A stretch of 64,000 nt of DNA, from positions 896,001-960,000 of the forward strand of contig CBDCYI010000005.1 of assembly GCA_965224085.1 (NCBI GenBank). The letters run 5' to 3'. Positions 8,141 to 16,456 of the stretch are shown here, piece by piece. Position 1 is the stretch's first letter, and every line of letters begins with the position of its first letter. A program made the position numbers and the translations under genes. Below the pieces are notes generated by a model. It searched no databases, had not been told where the DNA came from, and was given only the letters and a program-made list of their open reading frames with translations. The stretch is from Candidatus Marinacidobacterales bacterium. GTDB taxonomy: Bacteria > Acidobacteriota > Vicinamibacteria > Marinacidobacterales > SMYC01.

Positions 8141-10546
8141 GTGGCCGACGGAAAATTGTTTGGAACCAATTACACTCCGCCCGATCTCGTTGCGAAAGTG
8201 ACAGGTCAGGCTAAGTACGCGGAAGACTTCCGGGCCGAAGGCATGCTTTTCACGAAGCTCCTCATGAGCCCGATGCCGCACGCGCGCGTCTTGGACATCG
8301 ACTATCGCGACGCGCTCGCGATGGAAGGTGTTGAGGGCATCATCACGGCCGACGATCTTCCGGAGACCGACAACTTGGTCGGTGGCGATCGCGCGCTGAC
8401 CATGGAGCCGATGTATCAAGGCGAGCCCATCCTCGCCGTCGCGGCGGTGGACGAGGCAACGGCGGCAGCCGCCATCGAGAAGATCAAAGTCGATTACGAG
8501 CCTCTCCCCTTCGTCATCGATCCTCTCGATAGCCTTCGCCCTGGCGGCCCCAATGCGCGTGTTGGCGGCAACACCGTCGTGGACCGGAAGGAAGTGGTCG
8601 AGATCAAATGGACTGCCCAAGACTTCGAGGAAGCCGGCGATGACATGCCTATGGGCCAGGCTGAAGTGGAGTGGGAAGTCGGTGACGTCGCGCAAGGTCT
8701 CGAAGAGGCCGACCTCGTCCTCGACGAAACGCTCTACCACCAGTCCCAGACCCATCACCCGCTCGAGACGCGAAGCTGCATGGCCTACTGGCAGAACGAC
8801 AAGCTCTACATCCACCCGTCGACCCAGAGCACCCAGCGCACAGCTCCGGGCGTCGCGAGAGCGGTTGGCATCGACCCGACACAGGTGGTCGTCGTCGCCG
8901 AATATTGCGGCGGCGGGTTCGGGAGCAAGATCCCCGGCACCGTGAACATGCCCATCGCCGCGCTGCTCTCGAAGAAGACCGGCCGGCCGGTGATGCACCG
9001 CGTGAGTCGTGAGGAAGAGAACGCTTATGGACGTGCACGGCCTGGCTTTCAGGGCCGCGTGAAGCTCGGGTTCAGAAACGACGGGCGCATCACGGCTATC
9101 GACTTGTACATCATCCAGGACAATGGCGGCTACGGCCGCCGGGGTGATTTCACCAGCGCGAGCCGCTGCGCTTCGCTCAACTACACACCGCTCAATATGC
9201 GTTTTCGCGGCATCTCGGTGCTCACGAACACGCCGACGCGGGCCGCGCAACGAGCGCCCGGCGGTGTCCAAATCACGGCCATGCTCGAGCCGGTCATCGA
9301 CAAGGCAGCCAAGGAGCTCGGTCTCGACCGGATCGAGATCCGCAAGATCAACGCCCCGGACAACGACACGACCTACGGCTCGAACGAACATCACGTCACG
9401 TCGGCTTACGTTCGCGAAGCGCTCGACAAAGCTGCTGAGGTCGCGAACTGGGAAGAGCTCAAGCAGCAGAGCGGCCAGACGAACGGGAGCAAGATTACCG
9501 GGGTCGGCATCGGGCTCTCGTCCTATGTCGCGGGAAGCCGCGGTTTCGACGGGCTCATGGTGCTGAAGCCGGACGGAAAGCTCTACATTCATCACGGCAT
9601 CGGTAACCTGGGTACGCACTCCGTCTTCGACACAGCGCGCGTCGCGTGCGACCACCTCGGCATGCCCTGGGAGAAGACGGAAGTGATCTGGGGCAACACC
9701 AGCAAACACCTCCCCCACTCCGCGGTGCAAGCCGGAAGCCAAACGGCCCACGCTCACAGCCGGGCGAACCTCGCTGCGGCGACCGACATGGAGAAAAAGC
9801 TCAAAGAGGTCGCTGCGCGCACGCTCGGCGGATCCCCGGAAAGCTACATGGTCGGCGGCGAGCGCGTCTTTCGCCGCGGCAACCGCGGGAGCGGTCTGAG
9901 TTTCGCGCAGGCCGCGGAAAAAGCCATCGAGCTCGGCGGGAAATTCGACGGGCACGAAGCGCCCGAGGACATCAACGACTGGACGAAGGGTGCTGTGGCC
10001 AGCTTGGCAGGACAAGGCCTCATGGGCGTGGCGAAAGATAACTACGGCGGTGAAGGCGACCTCTGGTCCTTCGTCGTCGGCGTCGCCAAAGTCGAAGTCG
10101 ATCGGGATACCGGTGCCGTCGAAATCCAGCACTACACCGCCGTCGCCGATACCGGCGCGGTGATGAACCCGAGAGGCCTCGCCGCGCAAATCCACGGCGG
10201 CGGCGTCCAGGGTTTCGGTCTCGCGCGGAGCCAGAAGTGGGTGTACGACCCGAAGTGGGGTGTACCTTTCACCCAAAGGCTCTACACGGCGAAGCCGCCG
10301 TCCATACTCGACATCCCACTCGACATGAAGGCGGGGGCGGCCGAGATGCCCGATCCGCAGAATCCCGTGGGTGCCAAAGGCATCGGCGAGGCGCCTTTCG
10401 GCGCCGGCGTGGCCGCGGTTCTCTGCGCCATCCAGGACGCCATTGGCGAGTTTGAGTTGAAGCGCTCGCCGATGACGACCGATTTGATTCTGAATCAGCT
10501 CGAGGGCGAACCGCAGCCCATCAACGTCCTTGCGACCGACGTTTAA
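8141..10546 (+). CDS. Xanthine dehydrogenase family molybdopterin-binding subunit
   Basis: KVTGQAKYAED, GGGFGSK, QIHGGGVQG, GAKGIGE. Confidence 0.93.
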   Translation: MADGKLFGTNYTPPDLVAKVTGQAKYAEDFRAEGMLFTKLLMSPMPHARVLDIDYRDALAMEGVEGIITADDLPETDNLVGGDRALTMEPMYQGEPILAVAAVDEATAAAAIEKIKVDYEPLPFVIDPLDSLRPGGPNARVGGNTVVDRKEVVEIKWTAQDFEEAGDDMPMGQAEVEWEVGDVAQGLEEADLVLDETLYHQSQTHHPLETRSCMAYWQNDKLYIHPSTQSTQRTAPGVARAVGIDPTQVVVVAEYCGGGFGSKIPGTVNMPIAALLSKKTGRPVMHRVSREEENAYGRARPGFQGRVKLGFRNDGRITAIDLYIIQDNGGYGRRGDFTSASRCASLNYTPLNMRFRGISVLTNTPTRAAQRAPGGVQITAMLEPVIDKAAKELGLDRIEIRKINAPDNDTTYGSNEHHVTSAYVREALDKAAEVANWEELKQQSGQTNGSKITGVGIGLSSYVAGSRGFDGLMVLKPDGKLYIHHGIGNLGTHSVFDTARVACDHLGMPWEKTEVIWGNTSKHLPHSAVQAGSQTAHAHSRANLAAATDMEKKLKEVAARTLGGSPESYMVGGERVFRRGNRGSGLSFAQAAEKAIELGGKFDGHEAPEDINDWTKGAVASLAGQGLMGVAKDNYGGEGDLWSFVVGVAKVEVDRDTGAVEIQHYTAVADTGAVMNPRGLAAQIHGGGVQGFGLARSQKWVYDPKWGVPFTQRLYTAKPPSILDIPLDMKAGAAEMPDPQNPVGAKGIGEAPFGAGVAAVLCAIQDAIGEFELKRSPMTTDLILNQLEGEPQPINVLATDV

Positions 10547-10557
10547 GGAGACAAAAA

Positions 10558-11559
10558 ATGGCTGTGATTCGTGACACGATTCCGGAATTCGAGCTCTTTC
10601 AGCCGGCGAGTATCGACGATGCGCTGGCGCTCAAACGCCGCTACGGAAAAACATCCTGGGCCTTCGCCGGCGGTCTCGACAGCCTCGACTGGTTCAAAGA
10701 TCGCATTAAACGTCCCGATGTCGTGATCGACTTGAGCGCTGTCGACGCGATGCGCGGGATCCGCGACGTCGACGACGGTCTCGAGATGGGCGCGATGACG
10801 ACGCTCACCGAAGTCGCCGAACACGCGGGGATCCTCTCTCGCTTCGGCCTTCTCGCCGACGCGGCGTCCAAGGTGGCGACCCCGCAGATCCGCAACCAGG
10901 GCACCATTGGCGGCAACGTGACGCAAGACACCCGCTGCTGGTACTACCGGGGTGGATGGCCTTGCTATCGCGCTGGCGGCAACATTTGCTACGCGGATAC
11001 GCCGACGTCCATCAACCGGGAGCACGCTCTGTTCGAGTCGAACCGTTGCGTGGCGGTGAATCCGTCGGACACGGCCCCGGCGCTCGTAGCACTCGACGCC
11101 AAGTTCGTCATCATGGGCGGAAGCGGTGAGAAAGTCGTCGACGCGGAGGACTACTTCATCACCCCGGCGACCGACATCACGCGCATGACGATCTTGGAGC
11201 CTGGCGAGCTTCTGACGTCGATCCGCATCCCGGGAACGTGGGCCGGCTCGCGTTTCTACTTCGAGAAGGTGCGTGACCGCCAAGCGTGGGACTTCCCGCT
11301 CGTGAACATCGCCTCGGCAATGAAAGTCTCCGGCAATACGATCGAGGATATTCGCCTCGTCGTGAACGCCGTGGGGCCGCGGCCGCTGCGGCTCACAGAT
11401 GTGGAGCGTCAGCTGAAAGGCCAATCCGCGACCGCAGATGTTGGTAAGGCCGCAGGCGAGCTCGCGCTTCTCGGCGCCCGTCCGCTGCAGCACAACGCTT
11501 ACAAGATGCCGCTCATGCGGAATCTCGTGAAGCGCGCCATCAGCGGAACGGAGGCCTGA
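10558..11559 (+). CDS. FAD-binding subunit with 4Fe-4S insertion (PaoB/HcrB-like)
   Basis: ATPQIRNQGTIGGN; RCWYYR..CYRAGG..C..NRC insertion. Confidence 0.92.
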   Translation: MAVIRDTIPEFELFQPASIDDALALKRRYGKTSWAFAGGLDSLDWFKDRIKRPDVVIDLSAVDAMRGIRDVDDGLEMGAMTTLTEVAEHAGILSRFGLLADAASKVATPQIRNQGTIGGNVTQDTRCWYYRGGWPCYRAGGNICYADTPTSINREHALFESNRCVAVNPSDTAPALVALDAKFVIMGGSGEKVVDAEDYFITPATDITRMTILEPGELLTSIRIPGTWAGSRFYFEKVRDRQAWDFPLVNIASAMKVSGNTIEDIRLVVNAVGPRPLRLTDVERQLKGQSATADVGKAAGELALLGARPLQHNAYKMPLMRNLVKRAISGTEA

Positions 11560-11561
11560 GC

Positions 11562-12383
11562 ATGAGCATTTTCCAATGGGCACAGAATCCCTGGGGTCAG
11601 GAGGTCCTCGTCCGAATCTCCTGGGATCTGCTATATCTTGCGATCGCGGGCGGGCTAGGCTTCGTCATCGGCCACCTCGTCTACCGCGCCAAAAATCCGC
11701 CGAAGACCGCGGATGTGCCCGACGCGGGAGCCGCGGGGAAAGACATCCCGGAGAAAGTCGTCCGCCACTCCCTGGCAGCACGGCTGTTCCACTGGGTGAT
11801 GGCGGTGACGATGATCACACTTTTAGTCACCGCGTTTTTCCCCATCCTGGGTATTCAGTTCAATTGGGTGCCGATTCACTGGATGGCCGGCGTCGTGCTC
11901 ACGGCCGCCGTGATCTTCCACATCATTCACGCTTCTTTCTGGCTGAACTTGAGGAACATCTGGATCAGCGGCAAGGACTGGGCCGAGTGGAAGCAGGAGA
12001 TGGAGCACGCCCTCGGCAAAGGCGAGCCGCCTCCGAAGCCGGACAAGTACCCCGTCGATCATCGCCTTTATCACAACGCTGTCCTTGTTACGGGCTTGGG
12101 CGTGATCGTGACGGGCCTTTTGATGATGTCGCGTGTCGAGAACCTGATCTTCGCACGAAACTCCTATCTCTTGGCGGAGAGCACCTGGGGCTGGGTCTAC
12201 GTGATCCATGGCCTTTCGGCCGTGGGCCTCGTCGGGCTCATCATCACGCACATCTATTTCGCGATCCTGCCTGAGAAGCGTTGGATAACCAAGTCCATGA
12301 TTTGGGGCTTCATCACGAAGAAGGAGTTTCTCGCTAATCACGACCCGGAGCGCTGGGTCGTGACGGATAAAGCTTCCAAGTAA
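11562..12383 (+). CDS. Cytochrome b subunit (formate dehydrogenase gamma / Ni-hydrogenase cyt b-like)
   Basis: RHSLAARLFHW; TM His residues (IHW, IHG, THIY); coupled to the FAD subunit gene. Confidence 0.85.
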   Translation: MSIFQWAQNPWGQEVLVRISWDLLYLAIAGGLGFVIGHLVYRAKNPPKTADVPDAGAAGKDIPEKVVRHSLAARLFHWVMAVTMITLLVTAFFPILGIQFNWVPIHWMAGVVLTAAVIFHIIHASFWLNLRNIWISGKDWAEWKQEMEHALGKGEPPPKPDKYPVDHRLYHNAVLVTGLGVIVTGLLMMSRVENLIFARNSYLLAESTWGWVYVIHGLSAVGLVGLIITHIYFAILPEKRWITKSMIWGFITKKEFLANHDPERWVVTDKASK

Positions 12384-12393
12384 CATCTTCCTC

Positions 12394-12430
12394 TCCCCTC
12401 TCCACCTCAACCGGTGGAGAGGGGATTTTT
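12394..12430 (+). terminator. Rho-independent terminator
   Basis: 13-bp stem TCCCCTCTCCACC / GGTGGAGAGGGGA followed by TTTTT. Confidence 0.85.
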
Positions 12431-12440
12431 GTGCGTACTC

Positions 12441-12863
12441 ATGTCACTAGCCGATATAAAAACACGTATCGAAGTCATCGAAGAAACCTACGAGTTCATG
12501 CTCGCCTACGCCGCCCAGGGACTCGAAGGCGACAAGGGTAGCAAGACCGGCGGCCAGCTCCGCGATTTTCTGAAGAAAGCCGATGAAGCTATCGACCAGC
12601 TCGCGACCGAGCTCCGCGCTCTCGTGGAGAGCGAGGGGCTCGAGCCGAAGGAGCGCTACCTCGCTTATACCGACGTCGTCGAGCAGGATGCCCGCGCCGC
12701 GGGAGCGGGTCTCAAGCTCGTGCTCGCGCAGGATTCGTTAAGCTCCCAGCTCGTTGACAACATGAACGCCAGCATCCACCTGAGGGCGTTGCTAACGGAT
12801 TTGTTTCTCATTGACGAGATCGTCAAACGCTCTATTCGGCGGAGAAACGATGGACCGGGATAA
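12441..12863 (+). CDS. Hypothetical helical protein
   Basis: Genome-like codon usage; YEFMLAYAAQG...SQLVDNMNASIHLRALLTDLFLIDE. Confidence 0.7.
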   Translation: MSLADIKTRIEVIEETYEFMLAYAAQGLEGDKGSKTGGQLRDFLKKADEAIDQLATELRALVESEGLEPKERYLAYTDVVEQDARAAGAGLKLVLAQDSLSSQLVDNMNASIHLRALLTDLFLIDEIVKRSIRRRNDGPG

Positions 12864-13890
12864 ACTCGATCCATGCAGCGGGTTGTGAGAGTCTCAACTC
12901 GCTGCCGGACGGTAACCGCAAGGGGTTGGTGAGGGTATATTTTTCACGCCACTGAGCTCGGTAGTGCTCGATCACCAAGATCGGGTCGATGACTCCATCA
13001 GGGGTGACGACCTCGATACGGAGCGATCCGTTCACGTCGACCGGATCCGGGAAGAGGGCGACGAGCTCAATGTCTTCGTCGAAGGTGTGGATCGAGCTGG
13101 AAATGCGCGCCGATTGAACGGGAGTTGCGCCGCCTTCAAAGCGCAGTCCGATCTCGCTCCGGTCGGTGAATCGTTTCCCCTCGTCTTCCCAGCCTTTGAC
13201 GTAGAGAATCTCGACGGCCAAGTCGGCCCCTTTCGGGAGTACGTGGGCAAGCGTCACACTTCCCTGCCCCGGAAGCCACGTTGCGAGCAGCTTCGCGCTC
13301 GCGCAGGAGTCGCCGAGCCCGATCGTCGCACGGCGCATGAGCGTCGGCAGGCCGGGCTTGACCTCGAGCTCCGACACAGTGCGCGGCCCGGCCAAACCCG
13401 TGGGCAGCACGAGGCACTCCGTGAGCTCGTAATCGTCTTCGCCGATCACGATAGCGTCCGCGGGGGCCAATAGGAGGTCGGGCTTCTCCATTTGCCATCC
13501 CCCCGAGAACTCGGAAGCCTCGAGCTCCGCCGCTGTGAGAGGGGCTCCTTCCGGCGTCAAGCCCACCACCCAATCGATGATCATGTCGATCTCTTCGGGC
13601 GAGAGCGAGCGCGCATGCTGGAAAGAGCCAATACCATCCGCGGGGAGCCACGGAGGCATTTGCTCACCGAGAACCTGCATTTTGATCGCGTTGGCCCAAG
13701 GCACGGCCGATTGGTAGTCGAGCAGCGACATCGGCCCCGCGCCGCGTGCGTGGTGACAGCCACCGCAATGGGTTACGAATATGGGACGCAGGTGCCTCTT
13801 ATAGTTGTAGCGCGAGGGACTGCCCTCATGCGCGGCCACTTGCCCCGCGCAGGCGAGCGCCAAAAACGTCCATGTCCATCTAATGCCCAC
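12832..13890 (-). CDS. Secreted c-type cytochrome with Cu-monooxygenase-like C-terminal region
   Basis: Signal peptide ending VAA|HEG; CGGCH; MPPW; LSPEEIDMIIDWV. Confidence 0.7.
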   Translation of the reverse strand: MGIRWTWTFLALACAGQVAAHEGSPSRYNYKRHLRPIFVTHCGGCHHARGAGPMSLLDYQSAVPWANAIKMQVLGEQMPPWLPADGIGSFQHARSLSPEEIDMIIDWVVGLTPEGAPLTAAELEASEFSGGWQMEKPDLLLAPADAIVIGEDDYELTECLVLPTGLAGPRTVSELEVKPGLPTLMRRATIGLGDSCASAKLLATWLPGQGSVTLAHVLPKGADLAVEILYVKGWEDEGKRFTDRSEIGLRFEGGATPVQSARISSSIHTFDEDIELVALFPDPVDVNGSLRIEVVTPDGVIDPILVIEHYRAQWREKYTLTNPLRLPSGSELRLSQPAAWIEFIPVHRFSAE

Positions 13891-14899
13891 GTGCCGCCTC
13901 CAACTCCTGGATCGATTGCTCGAACAGCCGGTAGGCTTTTTCGACCTCGAGACGATTCCCCATGTCGCCGTAGACGTCGAGAAGCCAGGCAGCGCGAACC
14001 AGTTTCTTGGCAGGAGCGCTTACGCGCCCGCCTTCTTTCTCGTGGAGTACGAGAACGAGGTCTTTGGCTTCGAGCGCAGGGATGTACAGATCCGGCCACA
14101 CACCGCGCGCGATGAGCTCTTGGACCCGGGCGTCCCGATGCAGGATCGCCTCGAAGATCCCATCGGCCGTTTCGGGTACACGGGGGAGCACGATGGTCCT
14201 CACCGTCTCTTTGGCGGCCGCCATCTCAGAGGCGAAAATGAAGTCGAACCGCGCTTCATCTTCGTGCGAACCCGGGAAGCCGACATGCACGACGAGCTCG
14301 GTCGGATAGCTTTCAGGCACGCCGAGATTCGCGGTCAGGATCGCCGCCTCCGGTGCGGAAACGAGGGGCGTATCGCCGACGCGCGCTTCGAAGCCGCTCG
14401 CGTCGATGGGCTTGGTGAAGTCGTTATAGACAAAGAGCTGGAACGTTCCAGCGTCGTCGAGCGTGCCTTCGATGTGGTGAAATCCGTTCGGCGCCATGAA
14501 CAGGATGCCGCCATGCTTCGGGTTGTGGTCCCCGTGCGCCATTGCGATGCTACGCATGTGCAGGAGACTGCCGTCGGGACATTCGCCGTCGGGAAGGCTC
14601 GACGTCCGTTCCGGTTGTTCGGGACAGAACCACTCGAGCTCGCGCGTCGTGGGCACGAGGTTCATGTTGCAGATGGGGCACGAGCCGCGATCGTCTTCAT
14701 CGATGTGCTGGTGCATCGGACAGGAATAGCTCGGGACCAAGAGGCGCTGCACCATCTCGCGATCGCAGACGGAACAGTGAACGGGCCCGGTCGCCTGCTA
14801 GTCCCGGTGGACCGGACAAAGCCAGACTTCGAACGACTCACGCTCCACCGTTTGGAGGGGGGCGCTCAGTGCGAACACCAGAAACCACGCACTTATCAT
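13880..14899 (-). pseudogene. Secreted heavy-metal-binding protein (CPxH..CxxC repeats, HGDHNPKHGG) with in-frame TAG at codon 34
   Basis: ATG 14899 gives MISAWFLVFALSA..CPVHRD*QATGPVHCSVCDREM in frame with ORF 13880-14755 (YSCPMH..CPICNMNL). Confidence 0.7.
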
Positions 14900-14906
14900 G
14901 ACGCGG

Positions 14907-15398
14907 TTATTCTAACGCAACGGGCCGATCACGTTCCGTCAGGTTAACTACAATGGCGCGCGCGGCGCGGACTAGATTCTGCGGCGTGATCAAAATCTCT
15001 TGTCCCCAAACGCCGGCACCGACCCCGAGAAGGGGCTCCTCCATCAATGCTCCATCCACAAAGGAACGGAAGCCCGTCGGCTGCCAATGAAACGGTGGCA
15101 CAGACCCGATTTTGTACCCCGTGACTTCCTCGACCACCTCGGGACGAGCCATCTTGATGTTCCGATCGCCGATGGCTTTCTTCAGATTTCCCGACACGGC
15201 GCTGCGGTCACCGCCCACCATGACGAGGACGCGCTCGCTCGTGCCCGATTCGAAGACCAAAGTCTTGACCATCTGGTGCTCGCGAAACCCGAGCACGCGG
15301 GCCACGTTGGCGGCACCTTTGTCCGTCGTATCGGGAAACGCGCGCGTCTCGTAAGCGATCGCTTGTTCGTCCAAATGGATATGGGCTGGGAGCCTCAT
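14907..15398 (-). CDS. ybaK: YbaK/EbsC aminoacyl-tRNA deacylase
   Basis: QMVKTLV, TGYKIGSVPPF, VGAG motifs. Confidence 0.8.
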   Translation of the reverse strand: MRLPAHIHLDEQAIAYETRAFPDTTDKGAANVARVLGFREHQMVKTLVFESGTSERVLVMVGGDRSAVSGNLKKAIGDRNIKMARPEVVEEVTGYKIGSVPPFHWQPTGFRSFVDGALMEEPLLGVGAGVWGQEILITPQNLVRAARAIVVNLTERDRPVALE

Positions 15399-15453
15399 GG
15401 GGAAAGGGTATCAGGCAATCAGCCTTCAGGGTGCTCAGGCGGTGTGGTTTTGC

Positions 15454-15482
15454 TTGACACGCAGGCCGGCCGGCGTTAACTT
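15454..15482 (+). promoter_or_regulatory. Sigma70-type promoter of the met leader/operon
   Basis: TTGACA-17 bp-TAACTT. Confidence 0.7.
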
Positions 15483-15507
15483 CAAGTTGTCTATTGGAGA
15501 TCAGGTT

Positions 15508-15591
15508 TTGAGATTGGCTAGGTTCCACCGAATGTCGATGCCCGGCATGTTTATGCGCAGGCCGGGCAGCGCGCGTCGGCGGAGCGGATAA
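15508..15591 (+). CDS. Putative Met-rich attenuator leader peptide, MRLARFHRMSMPGMFMRRPGSARRRSG
   Basis: GGAGA at 15496-15500, TTG 15508, four ATG codons within 8 codons (15532, 15538, 15547, 15553), stop 15591; precedes Met-pathway genes. Confidence 0.7.
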   Translation: MRLARFHRMSMPGMFMRRPGSARRRSG

Positions 15592-15619
15592 CTACTTCTC
15601 GGCACTTCTCCTCTGGCGT

Positions 15620-15668
15620 CGCACCGCCCGGCTGTCCCCGCTGACACCGTCCGGTGCGCTTTTTGTTT
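15620..15668 (+). terminator. Attenuator terminator hairpin
   Basis: CGCACCG..CGG.TGTC-loop-GACA.CCG..CGGTGCG then CTTTTTGTTT, about 30 nt before the next ATG. Confidence 0.7.
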
Positions 15669-15697
15669 CTAGACGTCATTTCCAGAGGAGATCCACG

Positions 15698-16456
15698 ATG
15701 TTCTATCCTTGTTTGGCTTCGGCCAATCTTCCCATCACCGTTCTCAAGTTTGGCGGCTCGGTCCTAGCGGGACCGGATGCACTGAGTGATGTCGTATCGG
15801 AGATCGAACGCACGGTTCGCCGTGGGCATCGCGTCGTCGCGGTCACGTCCGCCTTTGCGGGGGTTACTTCGCGGCTTCTCAAAAAAGCTCAGGAACGCTT
15901 TCGGGCGCCCGCGGAAAAATCGCTTGCGGGTCTTCTCGCCACAGGGGAGTCCCGCTCTGCGGCGTTTGTTTCCCTCGCCCTCGACGACGCCGGTATCCGG
16001 AACGAGCTGCTCGACCCGGATCGCATCAAGCTTCGCGTGCGCGGCGCTTGGCTCGACGCGGAGCCTATCGACGTCGACTTGGGCGCACTCGAAAAGGCGC
16101 TCATCGGGGCTCCTGTCATCGTCCTTCCGGGATACTTTGGACGCCGACGTGATGGCTCCCATGCCCTTCTCGGTCGAGGTGGCTCCGATCTCACGGCGCT
16201 ATTTCTCGCCGAGCGGCTCGGGGCTCGCGACTGCCGGCTCATCAAGGATGTCGACGGACTGTTCAATCGAGATCCAGCCACCGGCGGCGACGAGCTTCAA
16301 GCATTCACGGTCGCGAGCTTTCTGGAGCTTTCTGCGCTCGGCGGCGGACTCGTGCAGGCTAAAGCCATCGATTTCGCAAAAGCCCATGGGCTCGAGTTCA
16401 CGATCGCAACCCTTGCCTCGGATAGAGGGACGCTCATTGGCCCGGTGCGCTCGTGA
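15698..16456 (+). CDS. Aspartate kinase-like amino acid kinase (no ACT domains)
   Basis: VLKFGGSVL, LGRGGSDLTA, KDVDGLFNRDP. Confidence 0.85.
   Translation: MFYPCLASANLPITVLKFGGSVLAGPDALSDVVSEIERTVRRGHRVVAVTSAFAGVTSRLLKKAQERFRAPAEKSLAGLLATGESRSAAFVSLALDDAGIRNELLDPDRIKLRVRGAWLDAEPIDVDLGALEKALIGAPVIVLPGYFGRRRDGSHALLGRGGSDLTALFLAERLGARDCRLIKDVDGLFNRDPATGGDELQAFTVASFLELSALGGGLVQAKAIDFAKAHGLEFTIATLASDRGTLIGPVRS

Noticed and set aside
7988-10276. Long antisense ORFs (also 2999-4432, 45013-46407, 59574-60971, 61014-62231)
   Set aside because: Shadow frames opposite well-supported genes in GC-rich DNA; no recognisable motifs
14798-14800. Pyrrolysine or genome-wide TAG recoding
   Set aside because: Many genes here end normally at TAG; this is a single case in a pseudogene-rich genome
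15420-15700. SAM-I riboswitch or T-box upstream of the Met genes
   Set aside because: No SAM-I core or T-box AAGGTGGxACC visible; the leader-peptide model fits better. Rfam was not run
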